Positions 54,786 through 64,000 of a stretch of 64,000 nucleotides of DNA are shown one piece after another. This DNA is from Thermovirgaceae bacterium (GTDB lineage Bacteria; Synergistota; Synergistia; Synergistales; Thermovirgaceae). The stretch covers positions 1 through 64,000 of the forward strand of contig JAXGNU010000003.1 in assembly GCA_040767805.1 (NCBI GenBank), given 5' to 3'. The notes below the pieces were generated by a model. The model had not been told where the DNA came from and did no database searches. It saw only the letters and a program-made list of their open reading frames with translations. The translations under genes were made by a program, and so were the position numbers. Position 1 is the first letter of the stretch, and each line of letters starts with the position of its first letter.

Positions 54786-55688
54786 TTGAAACTGGAAGGG
54801 ATCTACGCCCCCATACCGACACCCTTTGATGAAAACGGGGACCTTTACCTGGAAGCGCTCACCCTGAACTTCGGCCACTGGCTGGCCACTCCCCTTGACG
54901 GCATCGTCGCCGGCGGTTCCAACGGGGAATGGCCCCTTCTGACCTTCGACGAGAGGGTCGCTCTCTTCGGCGCCTGCGCCGACCTTTCGCAGGGGAAGAT
55001 CAAGGTGGTCGCGGGGGTACACTGCCCCTCCACGAAGGAAAGCCTCCAATTGGGCCTCGAGGCCGCCAGGGCAGGCTGCGACGCCGTCCTCGTGCTGCCA
55101 CCCCATTACTACAAGGGACAGAACTCGGGAGAGGCACTCAGGGCCTACTTCACGACCCTGGCCGACTCGATCGGGATACCCGTCGTGCTTTACAACATGC
55201 CCGCCAACACGGGGTTTAACCTCGAGCCCGGTATCGTCGCCGCCCTTTCGTCGCACCCTAACATCATCGGGATCAAGGACAGTTCCGGCGATATAGTGCA
55301 GATATCCACCCTTTGCAGGGACACCCATGAAAGTTTCGGGGTCTTCGCGGGGTCGGGGAGTTTCTTCCTCCCCTCCATCGCTGTGGGGTGTTCCGGGGGG
55401 ACCATGGGCGTGGCCAACCTTTTCGCCGACGCCTGCGCCGACATCCTCGGCAGCTTCAGGGAGGGCGACACGGGGCGCGCAAGGTCCCTGCAGCTCGGCC
55501 TCATTGAGATCAACCAGGCGGTCACCAAGCGCTTCGGAGTGCCCGGTCTCAAGGCCGCCATGGACCACGCCGGCCTGTACGGCGGCCCCGTCAGGACACC
55601 GCTGCTCCCGGCGGTGGAAAAGGTCCGGGAAGAGATCGGGAGGATCCACGACCAATTCAAATCTTTTTACAAGGAGGTTTTATCATGA
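54786..55688 (+). CDS. DapA/NAL family aldolase (4-hydroxy-2-oxoglutarate aldolase-like)
   Basis: PTPF, GSNGE, LYNMP, GIKDSSG Schiff-base lysine. Confidence 0.85.
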   Translation: MKLEGIYAPIPTPFDENGDLYLEALTLNFGHWLATPLDGIVAGGSNGEWPLLTFDERVALFGACADLSQGKIKVVAGVHCPSTKESLQLGLEAARAGCDAVLVLPPHYYKGQNSGEALRAYFTTLADSIGIPVVLYNMPANTGFNLEPGIVAALSSHPNIIGIKDSSGDIVQISTLCRDTHESFGVFAGSGSFFLPSIAVGCSGGTMGVANLFADACADILGSFREGDTGRARSLQLGLIEINQAVTKRFGVPGLKAAMDHAGLYGGPVRTPLLPAVEKVREEIGRIHDQFKSFYKEVLS

Positions 55689-56233
55689 AAAGGATCCTCG
55701 GGATACTGGGGAGTCCCCGAAGGGGAGGCAACAGCGAGACGCTGGCGAGAAAGGTGCTGGACGGGGCGGCGGAAAATGGATTCGCTACGGATATCATCCG
55801 TCTCCAGGGCCTAAACCTCACCGGTTGTACCGACTGCAGGAAGTGCTGGTCGGGAGGGTCTCCCTGCGTGATTGACGACGACATGGACAAGGTCTACGAG
55901 AAGGTCCGGGAGGCCGACCTCCTGGTCTTCGCCTCACCCCTTTACTGGTACTCCTGGAGCTCCCAAATCAAACCCGTCTGGGACCGGTTCCTCCCCTTTC
56001 ATCATGCTAAGGCCCGCTGGGACCTGAAGGACAAGAAGGCCCTGCTGGTGGCTGCGGCCGGTGATGATAAACCCGAGGCCTTCGAGGGGATGCTTTTTTC
56101 ATTCAGGACGTCCTGCAGGCTCCTCGGCATGGAAATGGTGAAACCCCTGCTCGCCCACGGCGTCCATGGCATGGGAGAGGCGACGAAGGGCAATTGGCTT
56201 AAGCTCGCCGAGGAACTGGGGAAATCTCTTTAA
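55685..56233 (+). CDS. Flavodoxin / iron-sulfur flavoprotein family
   Basis: GSPRRGGNS, CTDCRKC...C, ASPLYW. Confidence 0.88.
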   Translation: MKRILGILGSPRRGGNSETLARKVLDGAAENGFATDIIRLQGLNLTGCTDCRKCWSGGSPCVIDDDMDKVYEKVREADLLVFASPLYWYSWSSQIKPVWDRFLPFHHAKARWDLKDKKALLVAAAGDDKPEAFEGMLFSFRTSCRLLGMEMVKPLLAHGVHGMGEATKGNWLKLAEELGKSL

Positions 56234-56240
56234 GAAAGGC

Positions 56241-56273
56241 AAGAGGGGGCGGCTCTAGAGACCGCCCCCTTTT
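56241..56273. terminator. Terminator between convergent genes
   Basis: AGGGGGCGG...CCGCCCCCT plus T-run. Confidence 0.75.
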
Positions 56274-57413
56274 TCATCGCTCCACCCGGAACAGGGTTTC
56301 CTCGTCAAGCCCGGTGATCACCGGGATGTAGCCGCACAAGGCCCCATCCACCGAAGGGTCGCCCGTATCGACGAGGAGGGCCTTGCCGTAAAGGCCTTTG
56401 AGTTTGGAAGGGGCCCCTAGGACCAGGATTCTCTCTTTTCCCACGGACCTGATCACCCTTGGCGACAGCTGTAGGTTTCCCCGCCCCAGGATGAAACCCT
56501 GGCCGCCTATGACGGAGACCACCAGCCAGGTCCTCCCTGGCAAAAGCAGTTCCAGGACCTCCCTCTCCGACAGGTCGACGCCGAGGGTCTTGCCGTCCCT
56601 AAGGGCATCGACACCCAAAAGGGAGTATCCGCACCCCAGCCTTTTCATGATCGCCGCCGTGGTGGTCCCCGGTCCGACTAGGTACAGGTCCCCCGGGACC
56701 ATCCTGGAGATGACCTCCCTGGCTATCCCGTCGAGTTCAACGGCCCCGCTCTTCCCGCCGCCCGACTTCCCCCCCTGGAGGAACCTCCTCTCGCAGGGCA
56801 CCAGCAGGTAACCGAAGAGCCTGGCCCGGAGAGACCCTTCTCTGAAGGCCTCCTCATCGATATCCATAACCTCCCGCTCCTCCAGCGCGACGCTCCCCCC
56901 GGTAAGGAAGAGGCCGGCCAGTTCTCCCGCCATGGTTGGGTTACGGGCGAATACGGGGGAGTGGATCTTGACCCCCGACGGGATACCCAGCGCTGGGACC
57001 CTCGTCCCCAAGACGGCCGCGATATCCCTGGCGGTCCCGTCGCCCCCGGTGAAGAGGACTAGGTCGACGCCGGCCTCCTCCATCGCGAGGGCCGACCGCC
57101 TGGTATCCTCCGCCGATGTGAGTGGGCCGATTTCTATGGGAAGGACCTCGGCGCGAAGGCCGGCCACCAGCGACTCCCGTTCTCCCATCTCCCCGGCGCA
57201 AGTCAGGACCCTCACGTCATCGGTGACGCCCCTCAACGCCGCCAGGGCCTCCCGCGCCCTCAAGGGGGACCTCGGGACGGCGCCAAGGGAACGGGCCTTC
57301 TCGAGGATACGGGCGCCGTCGGTCCCCTTGAGGCCCACGGCTCCACCCATGCCGGCGATGGGGTTCACGATCAGGCCGAGCTTCTTTCGGACCCCGACTT
57401 TTCCGCCGGTCAT
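56274..57413 (-). CDS. ATP-NAD kinase fold protein
   Basis: NPIAGMGGAVGLKGTDG, GGDGTARD, GIPSGVKIHS; ATGA overlap with the GcvPB-like stop. Confidence 0.85.
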   Translation of the reverse strand: MTGGKVGVRKKLGLIVNPIAGMGGAVGLKGTDGARILEKARSLGAVPRSPLRAREALAALRGVTDDVRVLTCAGEMGERESLVAGLRAEVLPIEIGPLTSAEDTRRSALAMEEAGVDLVLFTGGDGTARDIAAVLGTRVPALGIPSGVKIHSPVFARNPTMAGELAGLFLTGGSVALEEREVMDIDEEAFREGSLRARLFGYLLVPCERRFLQGGKSGGGKSGAVELDGIAREVISRMVPGDLYLVGPGTTTAAIMKRLGCGYSLLGVDALRDGKTLGVDLSEREVLELLLPGRTWLVVSVIGGQGFILGRGNLQLSPRVIRSVGKERILVLGAPSKLKGLYGKALLVDTGDPSVDGALCGYIPVITGLDEETLFRVER

Positions 57414-58975
57414 CTTCTTTCGAAGTACCCCCTGTATTTTTTCGTGTACTGTCGCCACGTAATAGCCCATCGGTCTGGGTCGTCCAGGTACTCGTGGTCG
57501 ATAAGGTGGATCGTGCTGCTCTCAGGGGCGCGCCTTATTGTCTCGGGCTCCTCGTAGCACTCCCTGGATATCTGTTCCATGATCCCCAGGTACTCATCCA
57601 GGTCCTCTTTGGAATAGGATTCGCTGGGCTCGATGGTGAAGGGTTCCGGTATGACCCAGGGTTCGTGGCTGCTCCAGTAATGGGTACCGAAATCGGCTAC
57701 CCTCCTCTGCACGTCGGCGGTGCCGAAACCGGTCTCTCTTTTCATCTGCTCCCAGCTGTAGCGCACCTGTTCGATCCTAGCCGGGTGACGGGGGAAACTG
57801 ATCGAGCATCCTCTTACTTCGCGCATCTTCTTCATGAAGTAGTTGTTGTTCAAGACGGCTATCCTCGAGGCCTCCTCCAACCCTTCAGCCCCGAGGGACA
57901 TTATCCAAGCGTAAGACCTGAGGACCACGGGGATCACGCCGTAGAAGGCCTTCACCTTACCGCAACTTTTGGGGAGGTTGAAGTCCAGGTAGTATCGGCC
58001 GCTCCTTTCATCCCGCCTGACGACCGGAACGGGCAGGTAGGGCTCCAGCGCGCGGTCCACCATGAGGAGTCCCGTGGCGGGCCCCCCGCAGCCGTGGGGG
58101 GACGAGAAGGTCTTGTGAAGATTGAAGAAGGACATGTCGAAACCGGCCTCCCGGGCCCGGGCGATCCCGAGGAGCCCGTTGGCGTTGGCCTGGTCGTAGC
58201 AGCATAGAGCCCCGTACTTTCGAGCCAGTTCTGTGAATTCCGCTATCCTGGAGTTGAAGATGCCCGTGTCCTCCGGGTTGGTGAAAAATATGGCGGCCGT
58301 CCTTTCCGACAGGGCGCTGCGGTAGGCTCCCAGGTCGGGGAGGCCCTCCTCGTCGGGTGGAATTATGACCACCTTGTACCCCTTCACCTTGGGGACCGCC
58401 GCGTCGGAGGGGTGCGAGAACAGCGTCGTAATGATCTCGTCGCGCCGCCCATCCTCCCCCCTGTCCCTGTGCCACGCCCTGGCCATGGTGGCCATGGCCA
58501 GGGCGCCGTGGGTCCCCCCCCCGGGCTGGATACTGCAGTAGTCGAGGCCGGAGATTTCCCTGAAGATCTCTTCCGTGCGATAGATTATTTCCAGTATGCC
58601 CTGGACCGTGGAGTGGTCCTGGCAGGGGTGAAGGTCGGTCATCTTTGGCGACCCGGCAAAGACCTCGTTGATCTTCGGGTTGTATTTCATGGTACAGGTA
58701 CCCTGCCCTATATCGATATTTAAGTCGGCCCCGAGGTTCTCCTGGGAAAGGCGGTTGAAATGCCTTACCACCTGGGGCTGGCCCAGTTCGGGCAAATACG
58801 GCGGGTCACTCCTCCTCATGCCGAGGGGTATGGAGGACAGGCCGTCGCCCACGGCCTGCTCTATCTCCTCTTCCGCTTCCGGCACCAGGAGCCCCCGGCT
58901 CCCCGGCGTGCTCAACTGGTAGATTATTGGTTCGTTCCATCTCATGTGGTGAAACGCCCTTTTCCTAAGGGTCAT
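57410..58975 (-). CDS. gcvPB: Glycine decarboxylase P-protein beta-subunit-like (divergent GcvPB)
   Basis: GTCTMKYNP, LHKTFSSPHGCGGP (PLP lysine), IEPSESYSKEDLD. Confidence 0.85.
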   Translation of the reverse strand: MTLRKRAFHHMRWNEPIIYQLSTPGSRGLLVPEAEEEIEQAVGDGLSSIPLGMRRSDPPYLPELGQPQVVRHFNRLSQENLGADLNIDIGQGTCTMKYNPKINEVFAGSPKMTDLHPCQDHSTVQGILEIIYRTEEIFREISGLDYCSIQPGGGTHGALAMATMARAWHRDRGEDGRRDEIITTLFSHPSDAAVPKVKGYKVVIIPPDEEGLPDLGAYRSALSERTAAIFFTNPEDTGIFNSRIAEFTELARKYGALCCYDQANANGLLGIARAREAGFDMSFFNLHKTFSSPHGCGGPATGLLMVDRALEPYLPVPVVRRDERSGRYYLDFNLPKSCGKVKAFYGVIPVVLRSYAWIMSLGAEGLEEASRIAVLNNNYFMKKMREVRGCSISFPRHPARIEQVRYSWEQMKRETGFGTADVQRRVADFGTHYWSSHEPWVIPEPFTIEPSESYSKEDLDEYLGIMEQISRECYEEPETIRRAPESSTIHLIDHEYLDDPDRWAITWRQYTKKYRGYFERR

Positions 58976-59008
58976 AAGGTTTCCTCTCCTTTCATCGGCG
59001 GCCCGCTT

Positions 59009-60400
59009 TCACCGGAGGATATCCGAAAGGGCCTCGACAAGCCTGTCTATGTCCTTTTTGCTCGTCTTCTCCGTGACGCAGTAGAGGGCGCTCTGCCCCA
59101 GCTCCGGGAACTCCCCCGACAGGTCCTTCCCTCCGAAAATGCCGCGGGCGAGGAGTTTTTCATTTATGTCGGCCACGTCGCGCCCGGACTTTCCGAAATC
59201 GACGACGAACTCCCTGAAGCAGGCCCCCGAGGGTTTCCCCGTCGATATGCCCGGCACCTCACCTAGTACCTTCCTGGCGTAAAGGGAACGCTGCAGAATG
59301 ACCTTCCCCAGGTCGGCCATGCCCTCAGGCCCCATGGAAGCGAGGTAGACTGCCGCCGCGATGCCCCAGAGGGCCGCATGGGTGCCGACGAACTCCTTCG
59401 CCGTCTCCCTATTGGCGAAGGAGGTCCTCTCCCAGGCCACGTCCCCGAAGCCCCACTCTTTCTCCCGGGTCGGGGCTATCCCGAAGAGGCGGGAGGGGTA
59501 CTCCTCGACGAAGCGGTTCTCGCCCTTGGTGCAGATGAACCCCCCTAGGCCTCCGCCATAGTTCATGTGGACCCCCAGGGGCTGGATGTCCCCGCAAGCT
59601 ATGTCGGCGCCGTACCTGGAGGGGGGCTCCAGGACGCCCAGCGTGGAAGGGTCCACGAAAACCACCATGAGAGCCCCGGCTTCGTGGGCTACCCGGGCGA
59701 CCCTCCCGCCCTGGTCCTCGATCGTCCCCAGGTAGGAGGGGTTCTCGAAATAGACCACGGCCACCTCATCGGTCATCTTCGACCCCAGGTCCTCGAGGTC
59801 CAGCAACCCAGAGGATCGGTCCCAACCGAACATTTCGACCGTCATCACCGGGTCGAGGTAGGTCCGCACCACCCTGAGCCTGTCGGGGTTCATGTTGCCC
59901 GCCAGCAGGGCCTTTTTCCTGCCCGTCAACCGTGAGGCCATCCTAAGCGATGTCCCGGCGGCCTGGGCGCCGTCATAGGTCGGGACATTGCATACATCGA
60001 AGTCGAGCAATTCCGCCATCATGCTCTGGTATTCGAAGAGGGCCTGGAAACGGCCGTGGTCCTCGTAGGGTTCCCCGGCGTAGGCCGTAAGGAATTCCGA
60101 CCTCCCGATGACCTCGTCGACCACGGCAGGGACGTAGTGATCGTAGCACCCCGCCCCAAGGAAACTGAGGTATTCCCCGACGGTGATGTTCCTGGACAGG
60201 AGCCCTTCCACGTGCCGCTTCAGGTCAGCCTCGGCCGGAAACGGTTCGGGAAGGTTCATCCTGGACTTCATCCTGATCTCTTCGGGGATGTCGCCGAGAA
60301 GATCATCGACGCTGTCAACGCCGATTTCCCTGAGCATTGCCTCCCTGACTCGAGGCTCCGAATTGGGGATATAGGGGTAGACTCTTTTCTTGCCCTTCAT
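59009..60400 (-). CDS. gcvPA: Glycine decarboxylase P-protein alpha-subunit-like (divergent GcvPA)
   Basis: HPY-like YPYIP N-terminus, FLGAGCYDHYVP, QALFEYQSM, GADIACGDIQPLG. Confidence 0.85.
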   Translation of the reverse strand: MKGKKRVYPYIPNSEPRVREAMLREIGVDSVDDLLGDIPEEIRMKSRMNLPEPFPAEADLKRHVEGLLSRNITVGEYLSFLGAGCYDHYVPAVVDEVIGRSEFLTAYAGEPYEDHGRFQALFEYQSMMAELLDFDVCNVPTYDGAQAAGTSLRMASRLTGRKKALLAGNMNPDRLRVVRTYLDPVMTVEMFGWDRSSGLLDLEDLGSKMTDEVAVVYFENPSYLGTIEDQGGRVARVAHEAGALMVVFVDPSTLGVLEPPSRYGADIACGDIQPLGVHMNYGGGLGGFICTKGENRFVEEYPSRLFGIAPTREKEWGFGDVAWERTSFANRETAKEFVGTHAALWGIAAAVYLASMGPEGMADLGKVILQRSLYARKVLGEVPGISTGKPSGACFREFVVDFGKSGRDVADINEKLLARGIFGGKDLSGEFPELGQSALYCVTEKTSKKDIDRLVEALSDILR

Positions 60401-60426
60401 GGCTTATTACCTCCTGCTCCGATTTT

Positions 60427-61194
60427 TCATGCCGTCCCGCCGCCGTCGACGACCAAGTTGGCCCCCGTGACCCACGGGGAGAGTCCGCTCACCAGGAAAT
60501 AGACGGCCATGGCGATATCCTCGGGAGTCCCGAGCCTTTTCAGCGGCCTGTCAGCGCTATCCTCGAGCCACTTTTTCTCGTCGATGCCCAGTTGCCTGGC
60601 CTCGTCACGGAGAAGAGGCGTGTCGGTGTCGCCAGGAGAGACGGAGTTGACCCTGATCCCCTGGGGGCCGTGATCGATGGCCATGGCTCTGGTCATGTTC
60701 ACCACCCCGCCCTTGGCGGCGCAGTAGGAGACGGCCTTGGGACCTCCCTTAACCCCCCAGCCCGAGGCTATGTTGACGATGCTTCCGCCGCCGTTTTCGA
60801 CCATGAAGGGTACGAGATGCCTCGAGACCAGGAAGACGCTTTTCAGCGTTACGGCGATGGAAAGGTCCCATTCCTTTTCGTCCAGTTCCACTATGTCCTT
60901 TCTCCTGATAATGCCGGCACAGTTGACCAGGATATCCACCCGCCCGAACCGGGCCATCACCACGGTGGCCATGTTCCTGCAATCTTCATCCCTGGTCACG
61001 TCGCACTTCACGAAAAGGCAATTCCCGCCCAAGTCGCTCTCTGCGGCCCGCCCCCCCGGCTCGTCAATATCCGCCAGGACGACCGCGGCACCCATTCGGG
61101 AAAGAAACCGGGCGCAACCCAAGCCGATACCCGAACTACCCCCGGTTATCACGGCTACCTTGCCGTCAAGCCTGAAGACGCTGTCGTCGACCAA
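60427..61194 (-). CDS. Short-chain dehydrogenase/reductase
   Basis: TGGSSGIG, NCAG, YCAAK, SPGDTDT. Confidence 0.92.
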   Translation of the reverse strand: MVDDSVFRLDGKVAVITGGSSGIGLGCARFLSRMGAAVVLADIDEPGGRAAESDLGGNCLFVKCDVTRDEDCRNMATVVMARFGRVDILVNCAGIIRRKDIVELDEKEWDLSIAVTLKSVFLVSRHLVPFMVENGGGSIVNIASGWGVKGGPKAVSYCAAKGGVVNMTRAMAIDHGPQGIRVNSVSPGDTDTPLLRDEARQLGIDEKKWLEDSADRPLKRLGTPEDIAMAVYFLVSGLSPWVTGANLVVDGGGTA

Positions 61195-61212
61195 TTCCTG
61201 TTCCTCCCTTTC

Positions 61213-61953
61213 TTATTGGAGCCCGGCGGTCTCGCCGCCGTCGATGGGTATGTTGGCCCCGGTGATATAGGATGCCTGGTCGGAGGCCAGGAAGGCGAAA
61301 AGGGCGGCGACCTCCGAGGGGTCCGCGTGCCGTCTGAAGGGGATCCTCGCGTTGACCTTTTCGAGCATCTCCGGTGAATATTCCGCCCTCTGCATGGGCG
61401 TAAGGACGTACCCGGGTGACACGGAGTTGACCCTTATCAGCGGCGCGAACTCCAGGGCCATGGTCTTCGCGAGGAGGATGACCCCGGCCTTCGAGGCGTT
61501 GTAGTCCGCGTAAAAGGGGTGACCCTCCATCCCGTTGGTCGAGGCCGTCATCAGGATTACTCCACCCGTGGACATCCGCTTTGAAGCCTCCCTGGCGCAG
61601 AGGAACATGCCCCCCAGGTTGACCCCCACGACCCTGTTCCACTGTTCAAAGGTTATGTCACTGAAACCGCTCCTGACGCTTATCCCGGCGTTGGATACAA
61701 GGATGTCCACACCCCCGAGGCGGGCGTCAATCTCCCTGAACGCCGACTCCACCGCTTCGGGGGCCGAGACATCGGCTTCAAGGAGCATTTCGGCTCCGGG
61801 CAGTTCGAGGCCCGCCCGCTCAAGGCCGGCGCCGTCCCTATCGATCAGGGCCACCCTAGAGCCCTCCTGGACGAACCTGGAGGCGGTGGCGAACCCTATC
61901 CCGCTGGCACCACCGGTGATGGCTACTCGTTTCCCGGCGAGATCCGGATACAT
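61213..61953 (-). CDS. Short-chain dehydrogenase/reductase
   Basis: TGGASGIG, SNAG, YNASK, SPGYVLT; ATG after AAGGAGG. Confidence 0.92.
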   Translation of the reverse strand: MYPDLAGKRVAITGGASGIGFATASRFVQEGSRVALIDRDGAGLERAGLELPGAEMLLEADVSAPEAVESAFREIDARLGGVDILVSNAGISVRSGFSDITFEQWNRVVGVNLGGMFLCAREASKRMSTGGVILMTASTNGMEGHPFYADYNASKAGVILLAKTMALEFAPLIRVNSVSPGYVLTPMQRAEYSPEMLEKVNARIPFRRHADPSEVAALFAFLASDQASYITGANIPIDGGETAGLQ

Positions 61954-61973
61954 CCTGCAACCCCTCCTTTTCC

Positions 61974-61997
61974 GTATACGTGGTATACTGCGTATAC
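61974..61997. promoter_or_regulatory. Putative GntR operator: three GTATAC palindromes
   Basis: GTATAC at 61974, 61983 and 61992 (9-nt period) between the divergent SDR and gntR genes. Confidence 0.55.
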
Positions 61998-62075
61998 TAT
62001 TTACCTTTTTACCTTGTGCGGGGCCTTTAGTCAACCGCTTCCTGTCACTTTATTTCTGCGTAGGGAGGAACGATC

Positions 62076-62729
62076 TTGGAAAAAAACGAGGCTCGCTGGG
62101 ACTCAACCGCGACGGAAAGGGTTTACCGGGAACTCAAAAGGAGGATCTTCCTCAAGGAACTGAAGCCCGGCCAGAGGCTCCCGGAAGGTTCCCTCGCCAG
62201 GACCCTGTCGGTGAGCAGGACACCCGTAAGGGAAGCCCTGAGGGTACTTGCCAACGAGGGTTTGGTGGACTTGGTACCCAATTCGGGCGCGCGGCTCGTC
62301 CTTCCCACCCTGGAGCAGGCCGGGGATAGTTACGAGGTGAGGGAGCACCTGGAGGCGCTGGCGGCGTCCAAGGCGGCCGCCCACATCACCCCGGTGCAGG
62401 TCTGCTTGCTGCAGGAGGCCATCGACGAGGAGGAAGAGATCTTCGCTTCCCGCGACTTGGAAAGGTACCTCGACGTCAACAATAGGTTCCACCTCATAAT
62501 AGCCGAAGCCTCGGGCAACCGCACCCTGGCGGAGCACGTGGCCCATACCCTGGCCGGCACCTACGTCTTCATGGTCTTCCTGGAATCATTTTTCGACTTC
62601 GATTCGAACCCGAGCCTGGACGAACATCGCGAGATCCTGGGCGCCCTGAAGCAGGGGGACGCCGACCTGGCCGACGTCCTGATGAGAAGGCACATCCGGG
62701 CCTCGTTGCAGGCGCTGAAGGAGCCATAA
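62076..62729 (+). CDS. GntR/FadR family transcriptional regulator (FCD domain)
   Basis: LKPGQRL..LSVSRTPVREAL HTH; NNRFH..ASGN, EHREIL. Confidence 0.92.
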   Translation: MEKNEARWDSTATERVYRELKRRIFLKELKPGQRLPEGSLARTLSVSRTPVREALRVLANEGLVDLVPNSGARLVLPTLEQAGDSYEVREHLEALAASKAAAHITPVQVCLLQEAIDEEEEIFASRDLERYLDVNNRFHLIIAEASGNRTLAEHVAHTLAGTYVFMVFLESFFDFDSNPSLDEHREILGALKQGDADLADVLMRRHIRASLQALKEP

Positions 62730-62866
62730 AATCCGTGTATACATAGATTTTTACTGTTACCGGTAAAAAAATTTTGTTAACTCGCATTATTCTTATTTTA
62801 TATCTGTTGCTTATTCGCCCCCTTTCTGTTATATACAGTGATCATCATCCAAAAGGGGTGCCTCCA

Positions 62867-64000
62867 TTGAAAGAAAGACCATCCGAGATCTTCGGGTCGA
62901 ACGTGTTCAACGACAGGGCGATGAAGGAGAGGCTCCCCAAGCAGGTATACCAGAAGCTCCAGGAGGCCGTCTCGGGCGGTGAAAAACTCGACTTCACCGT
63001 GGCGGAGATCGTCGCCACCGCCATGAAGGAGTGGGCTATCTCCCGGGGCGCCAGCCATTACACCCACTGGTTCCACCCCAGGACCGACCTCACGGCGGAA
63101 AAACACAATGCCTTCCTCTCGGTGGACGAATTGGGCCTCCCCCTGGACACCTTCGGAGGTGCCGACCTCATTCAGGGCGAACCGGACGCCTCATCCCTGC
63201 CTTCGGGGGGGATGAGGTCAACCTTCGAGGCCCGGGGCTTTACGGCCTGGGACCCCACAAGCCCCGCCTTCGTCGTGAGCGGCGATCATGGCGGGACGCT
63301 CTGCATCCCCTCGGTCTTCATCAGCGGCGATGGGACCCCCCTGGACATGAAGACCCCCCTGCTGAAAGCACTAGCGAGAATCGAGGCGGTGACCGTCCGG
63401 ATACTGAAACTCTTCGGAAACCGCAATGTGCGGTGGGTCCGGGCCACCCTGGGGGCCGAACAGGAATTTTTCCTCCTGGACGAGGAGAGGGCCTCCAGGA
63501 GGCCCGACCTGCAGTATTGCGGGAGGACCATCATGGGAGCCCCCACCCCGAAAGGCCAGCAGATGGAGGACCACTACTTCGGCTCTATCCCCCCACGGGT
63601 CATGGCCTTTATGCAAGAGGTGGGCTGCCGGATGAGCACCCTGGGCATCGTCATCAAGACAAGGCACAACGAGGTGGCCCCTTGCCAGTTCGAGTTCGCG
63701 CCCCAGTACACCGAGGCCAACCTGGCTGTGGACCAGAACCAGGTCCTGATGGAACAGATGCGCCTGGTCGCTTCGCGCCACGGGTTGCGGTTGCTCCTCC
63801 ATGAGAAGCCCTTCGCGCAGATCAACGGGAGCGGCAAGCACCTGAACTTCTCCCTGGTGGACAGCGAGGGGCGCAACCTCCTGAAACCCTCCTCAAGCCA
63901 GAGAAGGAACATTCAGTTCCTAACCCTCGTCTCGGGGCTGCTTCTTGGGATCTCTCGCTACGGGAGCCTTCTCCGGGCATCCATCGCGAACCCCGGGAAC
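62867..64000 (+). CDS. Glutamine synthetase type III, partial (runs off the window)
   Basis: Not in the ORF track. TTG at 62867 gives MKERPSEIFGSNVFN..HYTHWFHP..QGEPDASSLPSGG..GAEQEFFL..HNEVAPCQFE..HEKPFAQINGSGKH. Confidence 0.93.
   Translation, partial: MKERPSEIFGSNVFNDRAMKERLPKQVYQKLQEAVSGGEKLDFTVAEIVATAMKEWAISRGASHYTHWFHPRTDLTAEKHNAFLSVDELGLPLDTFGGADLIQGEPDASSLPSGGMRSTFEARGFTAWDPTSPAFVVSGDHGGTLCIPSVFISGDGTPLDMKTPLLKALARIEAVTVRILKLFGNRNVRWVRATLGAEQEFFLLDEERASRRPDLQYCGRTIMGAPTPKGQQMEDHYFGSIPPRVMAFMQEVGCRMSTLGIVIKTRHNEVAPCQFEFAPQYTEANLAVDQNQVLMEQMRLVASRHGLRLLLHEKPFAQINGSGKHLNFSLVDSEGRNLLKPSSSQRRNIQFLTLVSGLLLGISRYGSLLRASIANPGN

Overview
A GC-rich bacterial chromosome segment, mostly on the minus strand. 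Gene content (glycine reductase, TonB system, split GcvP, GS type III) fits an anaerobic, amino-acid-fermenting diderm, probably Synergistota (inference). It holds housekeeping genes (EF-G paralogue, gatCAB, ligA, lysS, dus, coaX, comEA/EC, miaB, queH, trmI, rny, recX, recG, divIVA, yggS, folE2), a cobalamin-riboswitch TonB/BtuB uptake locus, transketolase, agcS-alr, hypCDE, mgtE and a partial glnA type III. It also holds a glycine-riboswitch-led selenoprotein glycine reductase operon (grdX-trx-grdE-grdA-grdB-grdC-grdD). Two things stand out. (1) grdX, the first gene of the grd operon, has an in-frame UGA followed by a SECIS-like hairpin and overlaps the thioredoxin start codon, making it a candidate third selenoprotein and possible selenium checkpoint. 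(2) A GntR-linked operon (SDR-SDR-GcvPA-like-GcvPB-like-NAD-kinase-like) has remodelled GcvP motifs and no gcvT/gcvH, suggesting an undescribed catabolic pathway. A cluster of single-base indels at 29-32.5 kb breaks agcS, grdC and grdD and looks like sequencing error. No rRNA, tRNA, CRISPR array or mobile element was recognised.
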